Shown: one piece after another, positions 1-13,000 of the stretch
Layout: the number at the start of each line of letters is the position of its first letter
Position numbering within the stretch: the stretch's first letter is position 1
NCBI GenBank assembly: GCA_051294375.1
Contig: CM119265.1
Span: 2,273,397 to 2,337,396, forward strand
Direction of reading: 5' to 3'
Source: Paraspadella gotoi
Taxonomy: Eukaryota; Animalia; Chaetognatha
Length of the DNA stretch: 64,000 bases
The notes under the pieces: model-generated
Told to the model about the DNA's origin: nothing
Seen by the model: only the letters and a program-made list of their open reading frames with translations
Database searches by the model: none
Program-made: the position numbers and the translations under genes

Positions 1-467
1 AAAAAGTTTTTCGTGCCCTCGGTTTTCCTGTCGGCGAGCGTTAATCAATTTGCATAATATAAATTCGATTTGGGTTTTCCGATTATTTTGGTTAGGGTAG
101 TTTTTTTTTTTTTATTATTTGGGAGTGGTTTTCGAAGGGTGGCTTTTGGGCTCAGTTAAAATACAACACCGGTTAGAAATTTTTAGTAGGTTCATCCAGT
201 CGGAAATTAAATGAAAAAAGCTAAATCAAAGAACCGATTTTATTATTTTAAATAACATCCATTTAAGAGATATTAAAATTAAGTTGTTTTTGAACTGAAG
301 AGAAAAAAAAAATTAGTAACGAAATGAAACAAAAAAAAAATGAAACATTTCGAAAAAATTCTAACAATCGATGATTCGCAAACAAAAAACCCAAACATCC
401 TACCATGGATTAAAGATAAAGTCTCTCTCTCTCCCTCTCTCCTCCCTCTCTCTCTCTCTCTCTTTCT

Positions 468-507
<40 letters not shown>

Positions 508-639
508 GTTTTAAAAGAGAGAGAAGAATTATATGCCGGCGATTTGGAGCGAGAGAGAGAGAGAGAGAAAGGGAGAGAAAGCACGAAAAGTTTCACAGAG
601 TTCACAGCCAGCGGTTCACAACAACATTCTTTCACTTTC

Positions 640-698
<59 letters not shown>

Positions 699-1982
699 AA
701 ATTTCTGTTAAATTGCGTTAGCGGGACAACGGATTTACCCGGAGAATAACTTCCCAACAAAAACCCCAGACGACCTTTATTTTTTTTTCCCTCTTCTTTC
801 ATCCAAGTAATAATATATTTCACTTTTATTAAGCTAAAAATATTCGAGTAATAAAAATCCGTCGTCTTTACGAATTAGTCAGGAAATGTTTATTAAGGCG
901 AATTTTAAATCGGGGATAAGGGCGTCGGGTATCAGATTCGGGATTTCTTTTTTAAAAATGTTTGTTTAGATAATAAACTAGCAAATTTAGACGCGTTTTT
1001 AGAGAAATTACTAAAAATAGAGGAAATACTTTAAAAACAGTCATTACTACAGTCAACTAGGAGTTATGTACAGTAAAATAACCGTTGAATAGTTAAAACT
1101 ACTTAGGACCCAATATTCGGTTCACTCTAGAAATATTTTATGATTTATTATTTATTCAAATCATCTTTCGTGACTGCATATCGTACAAACGGGATATCAG
1201 TTCGCGCACAATGCGCTCAGAATCGTCACAAGTCCAAGAAAAGTCTCAGTGCAGACAGAGATAACTCGAACGAACGGAAAAGTCGGATCCGGTCGAAAAA
1301 AAAAATGCGGGCAGAAATAATGCGGGATCTCTTATTTCTGATCGGACTACAGGAATGCGGGCGACCGGGATCTCTGATCGCGCACCAGGAATGCGGTCGG
1401 GTGAAAGAATGCAGGCGTGGTAGAAAACGCGTGGCGTCGCGTAGCATTGGGTGTCGGGGCACGCTAGTGCGTAGCACGTCAATGCATATCGCTAAGGATC
1501 AGTGAGTATCACTGAGTGTAAGTGCACGCCGGTGTCAATGCGTGTCAGCATGTATCATTGAGTGTCAATGTAGGTTAGTGTGAATCACTGGAGTTCACTG
1601 CAACTAATCACGGACGGAAAATGTGACTGCGTCACAAAATATCGCCGCGCCTCCGTTTCGTGAAATTTATCGTTCAACTTTAGGTGATGAGTCAATCAAT
1701 TTCTTATCCAAATTTCATGTCAAATTATTGTACTTACCCCAAAGTTATTAGGAAATGATCCAAACTTTTTGAGAAATGACGAGGTTTTGAAAAATCCGAC
1801 TCTTCGCTGCATTTACAGATTTCCGTGAACCGGCAGAGCAGGAAAGAGAAGAGAGATTGAGAGAGAGAGAGAGAGAGAGAGATAGAGAGAGAGAGATGAG
1901 CCGGGTTCACTTGGATCCAAGGAAGAGCAAATGATGCGAAAATCAATTGTGAGCAGGAATGAGTGAGGAAGTTCTCTCTCTT

Positions 1983-2031
<49 letters not shown>

Positions 2032-2770
2032 TTCTCTCTCTCTCTTCCCTCTCTTCTCTCTTCTCTCTCTCTTCCTACCATTCCCTCTTTCTTGCTGAAC
2101 GCCAAGGACGATTCGCCCTGCGTGGTCGAATAGTTCCTCCTTCAGATTCGTCTGTTAAGAATAATTGCTATTATTGAATTAATACATTACTAAAAATTAT
2201 CATCTGCAAATTACACAACTAAAAAAATTTTTTAAAAATCACTATTTACCCTTCGCCCTTCTGATTCCTCACGGCACTCCGGCAAACGGAAGAGAGAGAG
2301 AGAGAGCGAGAGAGAGAGAGGAGAGAGAGGAGAGAGAGGAGCAGAGAGATTAGAGAGAGAGAGAGAGAANNNNNNNNNNNNNNNNNNNNNNNNNTCGAAG
2401 GAACTATTCGACCACGAGGGCGATCGTCCTTGGGCGTCAGCAAGAAAAGAGGGAAAATGGTAGGAAGAGAGAGAGAGAGAGAGANNNNNNNNNNNNNNNN
2501 NNNNNNNNNNNNNNNNNNNNNNNNNNNNNNNNNNNNNNNNNNNNNNNNNNNNNNNNNNNNNNNNNNNNNNNNNNNNNNNNNNNNNNNNNNNNNNNNNNNN
2601 NNNNNNNNNNNNNNNNNNNNNNNNNNNNNNNNNNNNNNNNNNNNNNNNNNNNNNNNNNNNNNNNNNNNNNNNNNNNNNNNNNNNNNNNNNNNNNNNNNNN
2701 NNNNNNNNNNNNNNNNNNNNNNNNNNNNNNNNNNNNNNNNNNNNNNNNNNNNNNNNNNNNNNNNNNNNNN

Positions 2771-2802
<32 letters not shown>

Positions 2803-3499
2803 AAGAAGAAGCCTAAATAGTATTCGAAGGGGAGAAGGAAGAGAAGCTCCTTTCAGTTTCTTTATGTCTGAGGAGCAGCAACAGATGAGGAGGAGGAGCA
2901 GGAGGAGGAGGAGGAGTACAGGCAGGAGCGACTAGGATTGAGGGGGTAAGGAGCAAGATGTATAGGAGCAGGAAAAGACAGGAAGTAAAGCAGAGCAAAG
3001 CAATTAGAATTTGTAGGAGCAACAGAGTGAAGAGAGAGAAGAGGAAGAGAACGGATAATTTGAAGGGAAAGAGGAAGAGGAGAAAGGAGGAAGAGGATGA
3101 AGAGGAAGAGGAGGCGGAAGTTGATTTACACCCCCCCTCGGAAGGCAGGGGGGAGTGAGAAAAAGTTAAATATAAAAAAGTATGAAGGAAAAAAAATAAA
3201 ACAAAAGATATTTTGTTTTCGTTTGGCTTTAAAAAATCTACCTATTAACATACCATTCATATCATTAATGATGACTTTCTATCGTTTAATAAATTATATT
3301 TATTTATATTTGATGACAAATACTCACGTGAAGCTCAGTTTTTAAAAACAAATACGTACTTTTTAATTCGATAACATAAGTCAACTTAATTTCTATTAAT
3401 TTAATCTTTAGGGGATAGAATTTCGTAGAATTGAAAGTCGCTTTTGAGAAAACGTTACTGGTGAAGAGACAGTGATATTTTTTATGTGTTAGTGACAGA

Positions 3500-3662
3500 A
3501 CCGTTCAATATAAGCAGTCCCTGAGCTTCGGATCTGGCTGTAACACCATGTTACAGGCGGGTTAAGCGCCCCGTTCCTCTTAACTGCCAGACGACCACCG
3601 GGCTAGAACCCCGGACCTTTGGGTTAGGAGGCGAATGACTTGCCTCCGGCACCAATGGCCGC
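3500..3662 (-). mobile_element. tRNA-derived SINE
   Basis: Minus strand begins gcggccattggtgccggaggcaagtc...ggttctagcccgg: Pol III A-box-like and B-box-like motifs at tRNA spacing, then a non-tRNA body. Confidence 0.6.
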
Positions 3663-4169
3663 TGATGAACGGTTGGTGGATTTTAGTCCACCATACTGGT
3701 GACATTTCATATTGCAAAAATCACAATGCACTAGCATTTGGCGGTAGCATTTGACGGCAATTTATTTGGGAATGAAAAACTTGAAATATAAAATATTTAG
3801 AAGCAAACGAATCTTTTTAAAAAATATGAAAAAAATGACTAGATGATAAGTGGCAAGAAAAATTTTTGGACTCATTGACCCGTAAAACAGCTCTGTCTCT
3901 GTCTCTCTCTCTCTCTTCCTTTTCGTCATAATCAGTGAGGAAGGTTTTTTTATCTTTTCACGAGAGAAAAAATGAGGGAGAGAGAAGATAGAAAGAAAGT
4001 AAAAGGAAAAGAAAAGAGAAAGAAAAAGGAAGAGAAAAAAAGGAAGAGAGGGAGAAAGACAGAAAAAAAAGAGAAAGAAAAAGAAAAACAGAGAGAAAGA
4101 AAGAAAGAAAAATATAAAGAAAGGAAAAATGAAAGAAAAAGAGAATGATTAAAGAAATAAAGAGATAAA

Positions 4170-4174
4170 GAAAA

Positions 4175-4268
<94 letters not shown>
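4170..4268. repeat. (GAAA)n microsatellite within a purine-rich tract (3960-4375); a (TTTC)n tract lies at 53845-54075
   Basis: Direct inspection. Confidence 0.95.
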
Positions 4269-4270
<2 letters not shown>

Positions 4271-4615
4271 GGTCGACTTAGGTTTTTCTTGAGAAGATGA
4301 AATTGACAGGATGAAGAGGAGGAGGAGGAAGAGGAAGAGGAGGAGGAGGAAGAGGAGGAGGAAGAAGAGGAGGCTTTGACTTTTGAAACTTAAAATTTTG
4401 AAGAAATTTTTTTGTCGAATGGAAACTGAGATTATGAGAGTAAGAAGACGCAAGAATGGGGAGAAATTTATTAAAGTGATTTATGTTCACTTAATATTAA
4501 TTATACAGAATTTATTTTGAATAGATTAATTATACAGAATTTTAACAGAAATGATATTTAATTTTAAATTATTACCTAGTTTAAAATTGCTTCTTTCTTA
4601 TTTTTTGTTTTCTTC

Positions 4616-4676
<61 letters not shown>

Positions 4677-4859
4677 AGTTCATTTGTTCTTGTATCGGGT
4701 TTGTTATCGTTAGTGCTACCAATCACCGCTCACGGCGCTGCCGCATCGCGTTACCAGATCCGCCTCCCAAATTTGAACAAAAGGCCAGCCGCATTCTTTC
4801 TCTCTCGCTCTCTCTCTGCTCGGGGAAAAAGCTTTCACGAATGCCGGCGAGCGCGCGCG

Positions 4860-4918
<59 letters not shown>

Positions 4919-5559
4919 GTGCAAAGCAGTAAAGCGTCTTTTGTTTCTCGGTTGAATAGAAACAAAAAGTGTTACTCTCTTTTCTCGTGCAACCACTTTC
5001 GCCATTTTCTCCTCCTCTTCCTCCTCCTCTTCCTCCTCCTTCGTCACCATATGTCAATATCCATTGGGTCTTTTTTTTTCACCTCAGCTCCAAGTAGCAG
5101 CAAAGAGATGCAGGGAGTTGGCGGGAACGAGGCTGCGCGCGCGAAAGTGGTGCACGAGGGATGCGCATTCAAAGAGGAACATTCCGCACTCAAAGACATA
5201 CACTTGCGTTTAGTGCGTACTAACTTGGTTTCCCAAAACATGACAGATAAAAACCCAAGGGGAAACTTAAGTTTAAAAAATAGAGCTAATGCTTTAGTAA
5301 AAACATAGGCCTTATTTTTTTTCCAAAACGGAAATACAGGGGTGGAACCCTATATCGAGACAAAATTAAAAAAAATCATTACTCTAAAGCTCTTAATGAT
5401 TTTTAAAATCTGAATAAATATTCGTACAGTACTATATCTTAGCTTTTAGGCTTTTTATTGGAGCTGGAGTTTGAAAAAACTATAGGATGGAGCCGGAGTT
5501 GGAGCTGAAAATTCTTTTTGGCCGGAGGTGGAGCCGGACAATAAATGGCTCAACAACTA

Positions 5560-6006
5560 ATAATTAGTAATTATTATTATTTAATAATTAGATTATTAAA
5601 TGGCGTTTAGGGCTTTGGACCTGCAAGGACCCCCCGCGTCAGTGGGGTGGTTATACCGGCACCACCACAGGAGCGTAACCGTGAGGGGATTGAATCTATA
5701 TCACGATGGGTGAACGAGTACTTAGCTGTCCAAGCCAATGGGGCGATGACAGTTTCTCCAAGCTATAAGGGAGGCAAACTTGTAGATAAGGCGCTAAGTG
5801 GGCTGAAGTTGACTATCCGTAACTTCTATAACCCCCTTTAGTAGCTATGGAACGGCGCCTAGGCTTGAACCGAGGCTTTGAGGTGACGCCACACCCCCCG
5901 AGCGCTATCAGTACTCTCACGTTCCCGCAGGGTAGGTACCGGGTTGGATTGAACCCGGTACCTTGTGGTCATGAGCTGATGGCTTACTCAATGCAGCCAT
6001 CGGGTC
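5560..6006 (-). mobile_element. tRNA-derived SINE (~440 bp) with AT-rich (AAT)-like tail
   Basis: Minus-strand head gacccgatggctgcattgagtaagccatcagctcatgaccacaaggtaccgggttcaatcc (A box, CAT anticodon-like loop, B box GGTTCAATCC); GC-rich body; tail tttaataatctaattattaaataataataat. Confidence 0.7.
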
Positions 6007-6397
6007 AGGACTAGGTGTCATGTTTATAGGCGGGGTGAACCTAGGCAATGCCTGATTACAAACTGAGGATTCGCCACTTTATTTTTAAAATCTTTTTACA
6101 AACAGCACTGATTTTAGGACCAAAGTTTTAATCAGGAAAATGAATGTTTTAGAACAAAATCTTCGGTTTTCGCGATACAAACTAATACATGGACGAATTC
6201 ATAACAAATTATTCAATTTACAACAGTTGGAAATCTTTAAGATTTATTCCTAAATGGAACTCAAAATAAAGCAACCAGCAAAATCTATGTTAATTAATAA
6301 TCCCTACATACATTAAAATTTTCTTGCAAATATTCTAAAAAATATTATGCGTCTTGATGCAATAGTAACACGAACCGCATTTAAACTTTTCTATTCG

Positions 6398-6712
6398 ACA
6401 TTAAACCAAAAGGGGACTAAGACATTAAACCAAAAGNNNNNNNNNNNNNNNNNNNNNNNNNNNNNNNNNNNNNNNNNNNNNNNNNNNNNNNNNNNNNNNN
6501 NNNNNNNNNNNNNNNNNNNNNNNNNNNNNNNNNNNNNNNNNNNNNNNNNNNNNNNNNNNNNNNNNNNNNNNNNNNNNNNNNNNNNNNNNNNNNNNNNNNN
6601 NNNNNNNNNNNNNNNNNNNNNNNNNNNNNNNNNNNNNNNNNNNNNNAAAGGGGACTAAGACATTAAACCAAAAGGGGACTAAGACCCTAAACCAAAAGGG
6701 GACTAAGACATT
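6398..6712. repeat. 24-bp minisatellite (acattaaaccaaaaggggactaag) spanning an N gap
   Basis: Units visible on both sides of the gap. Confidence 0.85.
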
Positions 6713-7382
6713 GGTTTATTTTAAATCAAAATCATTACGGAACAAAGAAAAAGAGTAAAAACTATTCTCAATTAAAAATGACTTAACATCGTCAAACATT
6801 TTACTTTTAAAATTAACAAGGATCATAAAAGAGAATTTTTTTCGCCGTCTAACTGTACACCATTTAACCATTTACTTTTAACGGTTATCGGAACTCTAGT
6901 TGCAATGCTCGACTAAGATTTTGCATAATCTCTGTAATTATACATGAAAAACTATCTCGAAAATAAAATATAGTATTCTCATATATATAATATATTCTCA
7001 TAATATATATTTTAACAAGAAATTCACAACTTTAAAAAATAAAGTAAGTCTCCTTCACGAAAAGGTCGCCAATAGATTATGAGGCCAGAAAGATTTCTCG
7101 AATCTGTCGCGCAGAAATCTGGGAAATATAGGGGAATACGGGAAGAGAATTTCTCGTAAATGAGAATGTAAAAGGAAGAATCGGAAGATGCTCCTTTGTT
7201 GGTGATTCTCTTAGAAAAGTGAATTGAGAGGAACTAATGGCGACGTCAAGCGATGAGTTAAATTTAAAAACAAAAAACCTTAGCTTATGTTTTTTTAAAA
7301 ATTTTTTTTTTTTTATCAAAATCTAACTTTCGTAATTGATAAATATTAAAATCGTCTCTAGTGTGTTCCACTTAATAAAACA

Positions 7383-7550
7383 ATTGTAATGACTGAGAGT
7401 AATTGTAATTTGATTGGTTTTACCGCGCGATCAGTGGCCTTGCTTACTTGGATTTCGTCGGGAGGTTTTGCCGTTGGTTTAATCCGTCCGTCACCCTTTC
7501 TGCAACGGCCGTTCCGAGCAGGGCTAGAACCCGGGACGATTGGTTGCGAA
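7383..7550 (-). mobile_element. 5'-truncated tRNA-derived SINE fragment
   Basis: Minus strand ccgggttctagccc B-box (same motif as the 3500-3662 element), short body and aattac-repeat tail. Confidence 0.45.
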
Positions 7551-8839
7551 GAAGAACAACAACGACGGCAACAACATTCATGGCTTCGGGGTCTTCCCCT
7601 TTTTTAACTTCGTAATAAAAATCCGTAAAGAAAAGACATTGAAGACGGCGAACCTCGCAACACCGCCGACGACGACGACGGACGCCCGAGCTGCAGACTC
7701 GACAACACGCGAAAAGCGACGAACACACACCTGCAAAACACACCACCTAAGTCATTTACTACCCGGCAGCACCGCCATACCAGCAGGCCATTTAAACATC
7801 AACCGCAGCAACGCAAACAGCCTGCCAAGCCTGCGAGCCTGCTGCCAGCCAACCGTGTGAAGACCGACAGCCTCACCAAAAACCAGCGCCTTCCAGGACA
7901 CTAAAAAAAAAAAAACTCAAAAAAACAAAAAACAAAACATAATAATAAACTACGTCAGCCCCCGCCTCCCTCGGTTCAAGTAACAGGACTATGCATATAC
8001 ACAGGGCACGCGAGCACATAAAGAGAAGGCTCCAACAAGAGCCCGCCAATAGTAACGAGCAGCAGAAAAGCCGTGTGAGTGCACAACTACTGGTAAAAGG
8101 TTTAGGGTAAAGAAGGGAAGAAAAAGAACGAAAAGCTATGTACAATATCTGCCGTGCACAAAGTAGATTATGCGCAAACCGGCATATTCTACCTTGGAAA
8201 GGCTAATCCGAAAACGTCAGAATTAGGATCATTGCCTGCAAATACTTCTTTTATGTGTGTTCGCTGTTGCCCTGTAGCATCCTGATGGCGACGATTTGTC
8301 TGCCGTTGCGGCATGAGTTTGGAAATTTAGGCGGGAGCAAATCTCCTCGATTAAAGCCATGTAACAACAGTCCGAAATTTAAGGCAATAACGCACAATAA
8401 CTCAATGGATATCAGTGATGTAGAATCTAATGAACCTCGCCTCAAAGGCAATACTGTTCAAGATATTCGGACGAAACAATACACGCAGCTAAGGTTCGTA
8501 ATCCGATTTGTCAGTCGGTACGATTACGATGCATATTACGACTTAGAGTGAAAGGGGGGAGGACGGAATGGGAAAAAAAAAATTGAAAGGAGGAAAAAAA
8601 AAAAAACTAAAACAGCGGATTTCAAACAAACGGACTAAACGGACCGTTTTTATCCATTTCTGATACTCTGTATCATTATTAATTTATCATAATTGTTCTC
8701 CTTGTATCTCATTGGCTCCAAACGACTATATTACGCATATTTATCCTCGCATCACTGTCGGTCACTTTTTCAACACCGTTTGGCACAACTTACACAAAAC
8801 AGGATATGACACAATGTACAGCAAGCATCGTAGTCAATC

Positions 8840-9500
8840 TCTTGCAATAGTGATTCCGTCTTTATTCTTTAAGTTTATTGGATATTCCTAAGAAAGACGG
8901 CTCCAGCTGATAGCAGTCACTATAGATATTGAGTTATTAATTTTAACAAATGAGCACTTAAACCTCGATAGGCGAGTTAAGTTATGAGCACTTATTTCAT
9001 AACCGCAAAGATAGTGGACAGCGACGGAACAGAACCCATACCGACCCGACCACCAGACCGACGCGACAGACCATTACCGACCGACAGCGACCCGAACGAA
9101 GAAAAGTGACCTGATAGCATTTCAGTTCTCCGCGAGTATTCGACGGAGAACATCCGACGAGATCGCAAATAAAATCTCAGCAGCTGGAAGCAAACTCCAA
9201 GGTCCCGAACTAAGGTCGACAAAGAACCGACACCGGAAAGCTTGACGCATTCCCGACAAGCCACCAGAAATGTCCAATCGCCAACTCTCGAAAGCCGACA
9301 CGACTCTCGGCAAGCGAACGTACATCTCGAAATTCCGACCACGACATTCTCGATACCAGCCGAACGACATTTAACGAAGCACGATCATACAAAAAAAAAG
9401 AAACAAATAACGACAAAAGAAAAGCTCGCACATGAAAATCTCCGAAGCCGGACACCCGAAACAATCTCGAAGATACAACGAACAATACGACAAAACTTAC
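8840..9500 (-). mobile_element. Indel-rich inverted copy of family A element plus its flanking 19-bp-repeat region (counterpart of ~16260-16975)
   Basis: Reverse-complement colinearity (gataggcgagtta..tgagcac; ctccgcgagtattcg; tcgaaagccgacacgac). Confidence 0.6.
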
Positions 9501-12049
9501 TTGCCAAAGAGCGAATGATCACTCTGAACCATGCAACCTAGCGCAGCAAGACTACGTACTGCATCTAAAATTTAAATAGATTACGCGAACCACGTAGGAA
9601 CGCGCCACACGAGGGGAAAATAAGAGCAGTTTATAGTTCGGGACCTGGTCATAAGGACGGACACTCCACAGGCACTTGATATAGGGACAAACAAATAATA
9701 AACACGAAGATGCTGAATGATCATAGAGGCCGACATCGGAAGCCGGACATAAGATAAGTAGTATACGGAGTCAGAATGATCGTGTCTCCCGCACTCTGAA
9801 ACCGCCGGACGGTCAAACCAAGATGCACGAGCCAATTTTCGTGCGGAATTGAAAACCAGATCGTGAGACCTTATGCCGGAACAACGAGCCAGATTTTCCG
9901 TGATGTTGTGTACGAAAGAAAAAAAGAGCACCGAAATCAAAAAATTAAGAAATAAAATGCATACTAATCATACTTTACAGCAGGCCGACACGCCTGTGCG
10001 GGAATAAACCCTCGTGAAGCACTTGAGAAACAGCCAGCATAATCCAGTAATCTTTTCCTAATCCAAGGGTTACGTCACTTATTTTATATGCGAACTCTCT
10101 TGATCTCTAGTAAAATACATACACGACATTGTAAATAAAGTTAGGTTAATAGATTGGACAAAGGAAAGATGCTATGACAGGAATTGGAAATCTAATTGTA
10201 AATAGATAAGTGAACTCAAATGAGGCAAAATGGGCGCAATTAAAATACTAATTGCTGTACAAAATAATGATTGACACATATTAAAATCTTGAGAATTAAA
10301 GTTATTCAATGCGTACAGTTTTTAGACGGCATCCTTATATTTTAAGATCAGGTCTCCCATTGGGTGTTTATTAACAAGGGGATGTGAGGTTGCCGTAAAC
10401 CCAAACCATATAGAATGAAACAATAGAGATGTTTAAGATTATAAGATGGGTAATAAGATCTTTTAAGCTCGCCCGCCATGTCTCCAACATAAGGCGGTTT
10501 TAGAATAGGAAAAAGTATGGTATGTATGATTATTAAAATATCCGATAAAAGACTCTCCAGCGCAGAATTAGAACTAAAATAGAAAGAATAAAATATCAAC
10601 AAACTACAAAATATCTCCCCGCCGGGACCCACGGTACACCAAGCGCTGCCCACTAAACACACAGATGAGCGGCGTCTGGAGATGAAACTCAAACAACGCC
10701 CTCTCTACGCTTGCCTGCAGACTTAAGGACCGCGCTGTCCTTACGGCCTTTCGTCCGACCCCGGGCGGAGCACCTGCCTTCAGACAACTGGCGTAAGTGT
10801 TGACGGCTCTTCCAAAAAGCCGTCGAAACTCACGGAGCGCCTCCGGGATCTCTTCTTAGCGGTCTAATCTCTTGGAGCGCGGTGTAGCTGTCTAGGTAGG
10901 GTCAGGCGGTTAAGAGGCCGTTAGAGGGCTACGCGCTAGTAGTTCTAGTACCTGCACTCTACTGGCATTGCGTCTTGGGGCTAAAGTAATTAGTAAGGAC
11001 TCCGTTGAGCTCTCTTTAGATACCGCTTTATTACAGATCGGCGATCTACTTTATTTGAGGGTCAGTTATGTTGCCTCTTCCTCTTGCTGTCTCTCGGCTA
11101 TTCTGATCTTATATTAGTCTAGAGATGAGAATCCATAAAGAAAAGAAATTCACTTTCGATCTCAAGTGATGCCAAGCTCTTTAATACTCTTTGCTATCTA
11201 ACTAGTTAACCTATCCGTCCTTTCCATAGCAAATCTTGCCTTCCTCTCAGATCTTTGCGCTCATGGTCTAGATCCGTCAGGGCAATTCGAAAATTCTAAA
11301 GCGGCCTTGTACCAATAATTTTTACCTATTAGGTTTGAGACGAGCGACGAGATACGAGTGTCAAAATAGATGAAGAGCGAGAACGTTCGGTGCAATAAGA
11401 AGAGCGTCTTGCAAGCATTGATGCGGCCGCACACGGTTTACATAGTCAGAATGTCCGAAGGACATAGGGTGACGATAGGTGTGAAAGACGAGAGTAATAT
11501 GCCATATTTTGAATTGCGTCGCATAGAAAAGAACGAAAAGAGAGAGAGAGCAGGGATAGTATTTGTGCCGGTGACACGATTTTGCCGTCCAAGGGCTAAT
11601 CGAACGAGGAAACAGCTTTTGAGGCACGATCAGGCGATTTGCAATACGACCATATTAATGCGGGCAAGTGTACAACAGTGAAAACAAATTTTGTTTAGAA
11701 AACGGTTGCTCAACAAAAAAATGATTTTAACAAGAGAGTAAACTACTAAATAATTCTGTTCTAGATGTATGATTTATTTAGTGAAGAGAAAAGTGAAATA
11801 GATATTATTTAAGTGATCGAGATAGATTTATAGGTTAAAGATAAGTGAACATAGTAGCGTAAATTGAAATTAAACTACATATAATATGAGCCGAGCGTGT
11901 ATATAAAACAATTGGGGAGCACTGAAACTCGGAGCACACTCACATGGTGAGTCTTGCTTCAGGATCTGAGTAATACAAAGGGAGGAGGGAAGCAAAGGTT
12001 TCACGGAAGCCCCAAGAACTTGGCCTCGAGCGACACTGTGGCACCCAGC

Positions 12050-13000
12050 CCGGGGCCTGTGCCCCCCAATAACAGTACCGCATGCGACGCGCCACAGTTC
12101 AATCTCACCCCCCGCACACAGCAAGCCCAGCTCACGGCCCCCCCCCTGCCCGCCGCCACCAAGGCACCCTTCGCTGCTTGAACCGCGACCCCAACCCCAA
12201 TGACACCGACCACCCACACCCAAAATGACATGGGGCCCCCCTCCCGCCCGACCTCCCCCCCGCCCCCCCCCACGAAACTCAGGCAGACCCTCCCACCCAC
12301 AGCGCCACACGTGGGAGATAAAGACGAAGACAGCGCACTCAAAGAACGTGGGTCACCTTGTCCTCCCTACCACCAGGGATTCACTCTGATCTTTTTCGAG
12401 ATCCCTTCTTAAAGCAGCCAAGGTGCTTGCGCCCAAAGCACGGGAGATCCTCCAAAACAGATTCCAAAGTGCCTCCGACAACGCGTGCTCTCCTAATACG
12501 CATCAAACGGTCGCACAGCAAGAGTGTGTGTGTTGCTGTGATATCCGAAGACACCATCCAAAACAGACCCGAAAAGCACATACCAAGGCCAGCCGCTTCC
12601 AATCTATGGGCAAAAAAACAAGGCACCCTCGCTAGAAAGCAGACCCGCGAACAAGGACAACCCAACCCAACTTGCACAAGCAAGCCATACTCCCCCCCCC
12701 CGAATCTGCCGGCCGAGAGAAGGAAAAGTCTCCCTCCATCACGATCCCCGCGTTCTCCCACAACCCATATTCAACCACTATCGCGCACAATACTAAAGAG
12801 AGGCGAACTATCTGTCGGCGCAGTTTGCAGAAACAACGAGCACAACAAACTATAGGAGACATCTGGTTCAGAAGAAGAACTTATCGTTTGCTATGCGTCC
12901 TATACCAAAAATGGTTCTCAAGAAGCATGGATTAGGAGCAATTACATCAAGGCACTCGAACCCTCTTTGAACAGTCGATGGTGACGAGGCACGATTACGA
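12050..13000 (+). mobile_element. Degenerate Penelope-like retroelement fragment (RT thumb region and GIY-YIG endonuclease)
   Basis: Frameshifted peptides in the expected order: QFN(SHHP-like) ~12095, PYHQG ~12365, SAV-like ~12815, KWFSRS..YIKALEPSLN..YELP 12908-13000. These resemble the Penelope/Poseidon C-terminus RWFERGVKEAIYIR..PSLNRDGGRY.LP as I recall it. Confidence 0.7.

Noticed and set aside
5935-6006. Functional tRNA-Met gene
   Set aside because: Acceptor and anticodon stems pair poorly and the sequence continues into a SINE-like body and tail; the same holds for 3590-3662.
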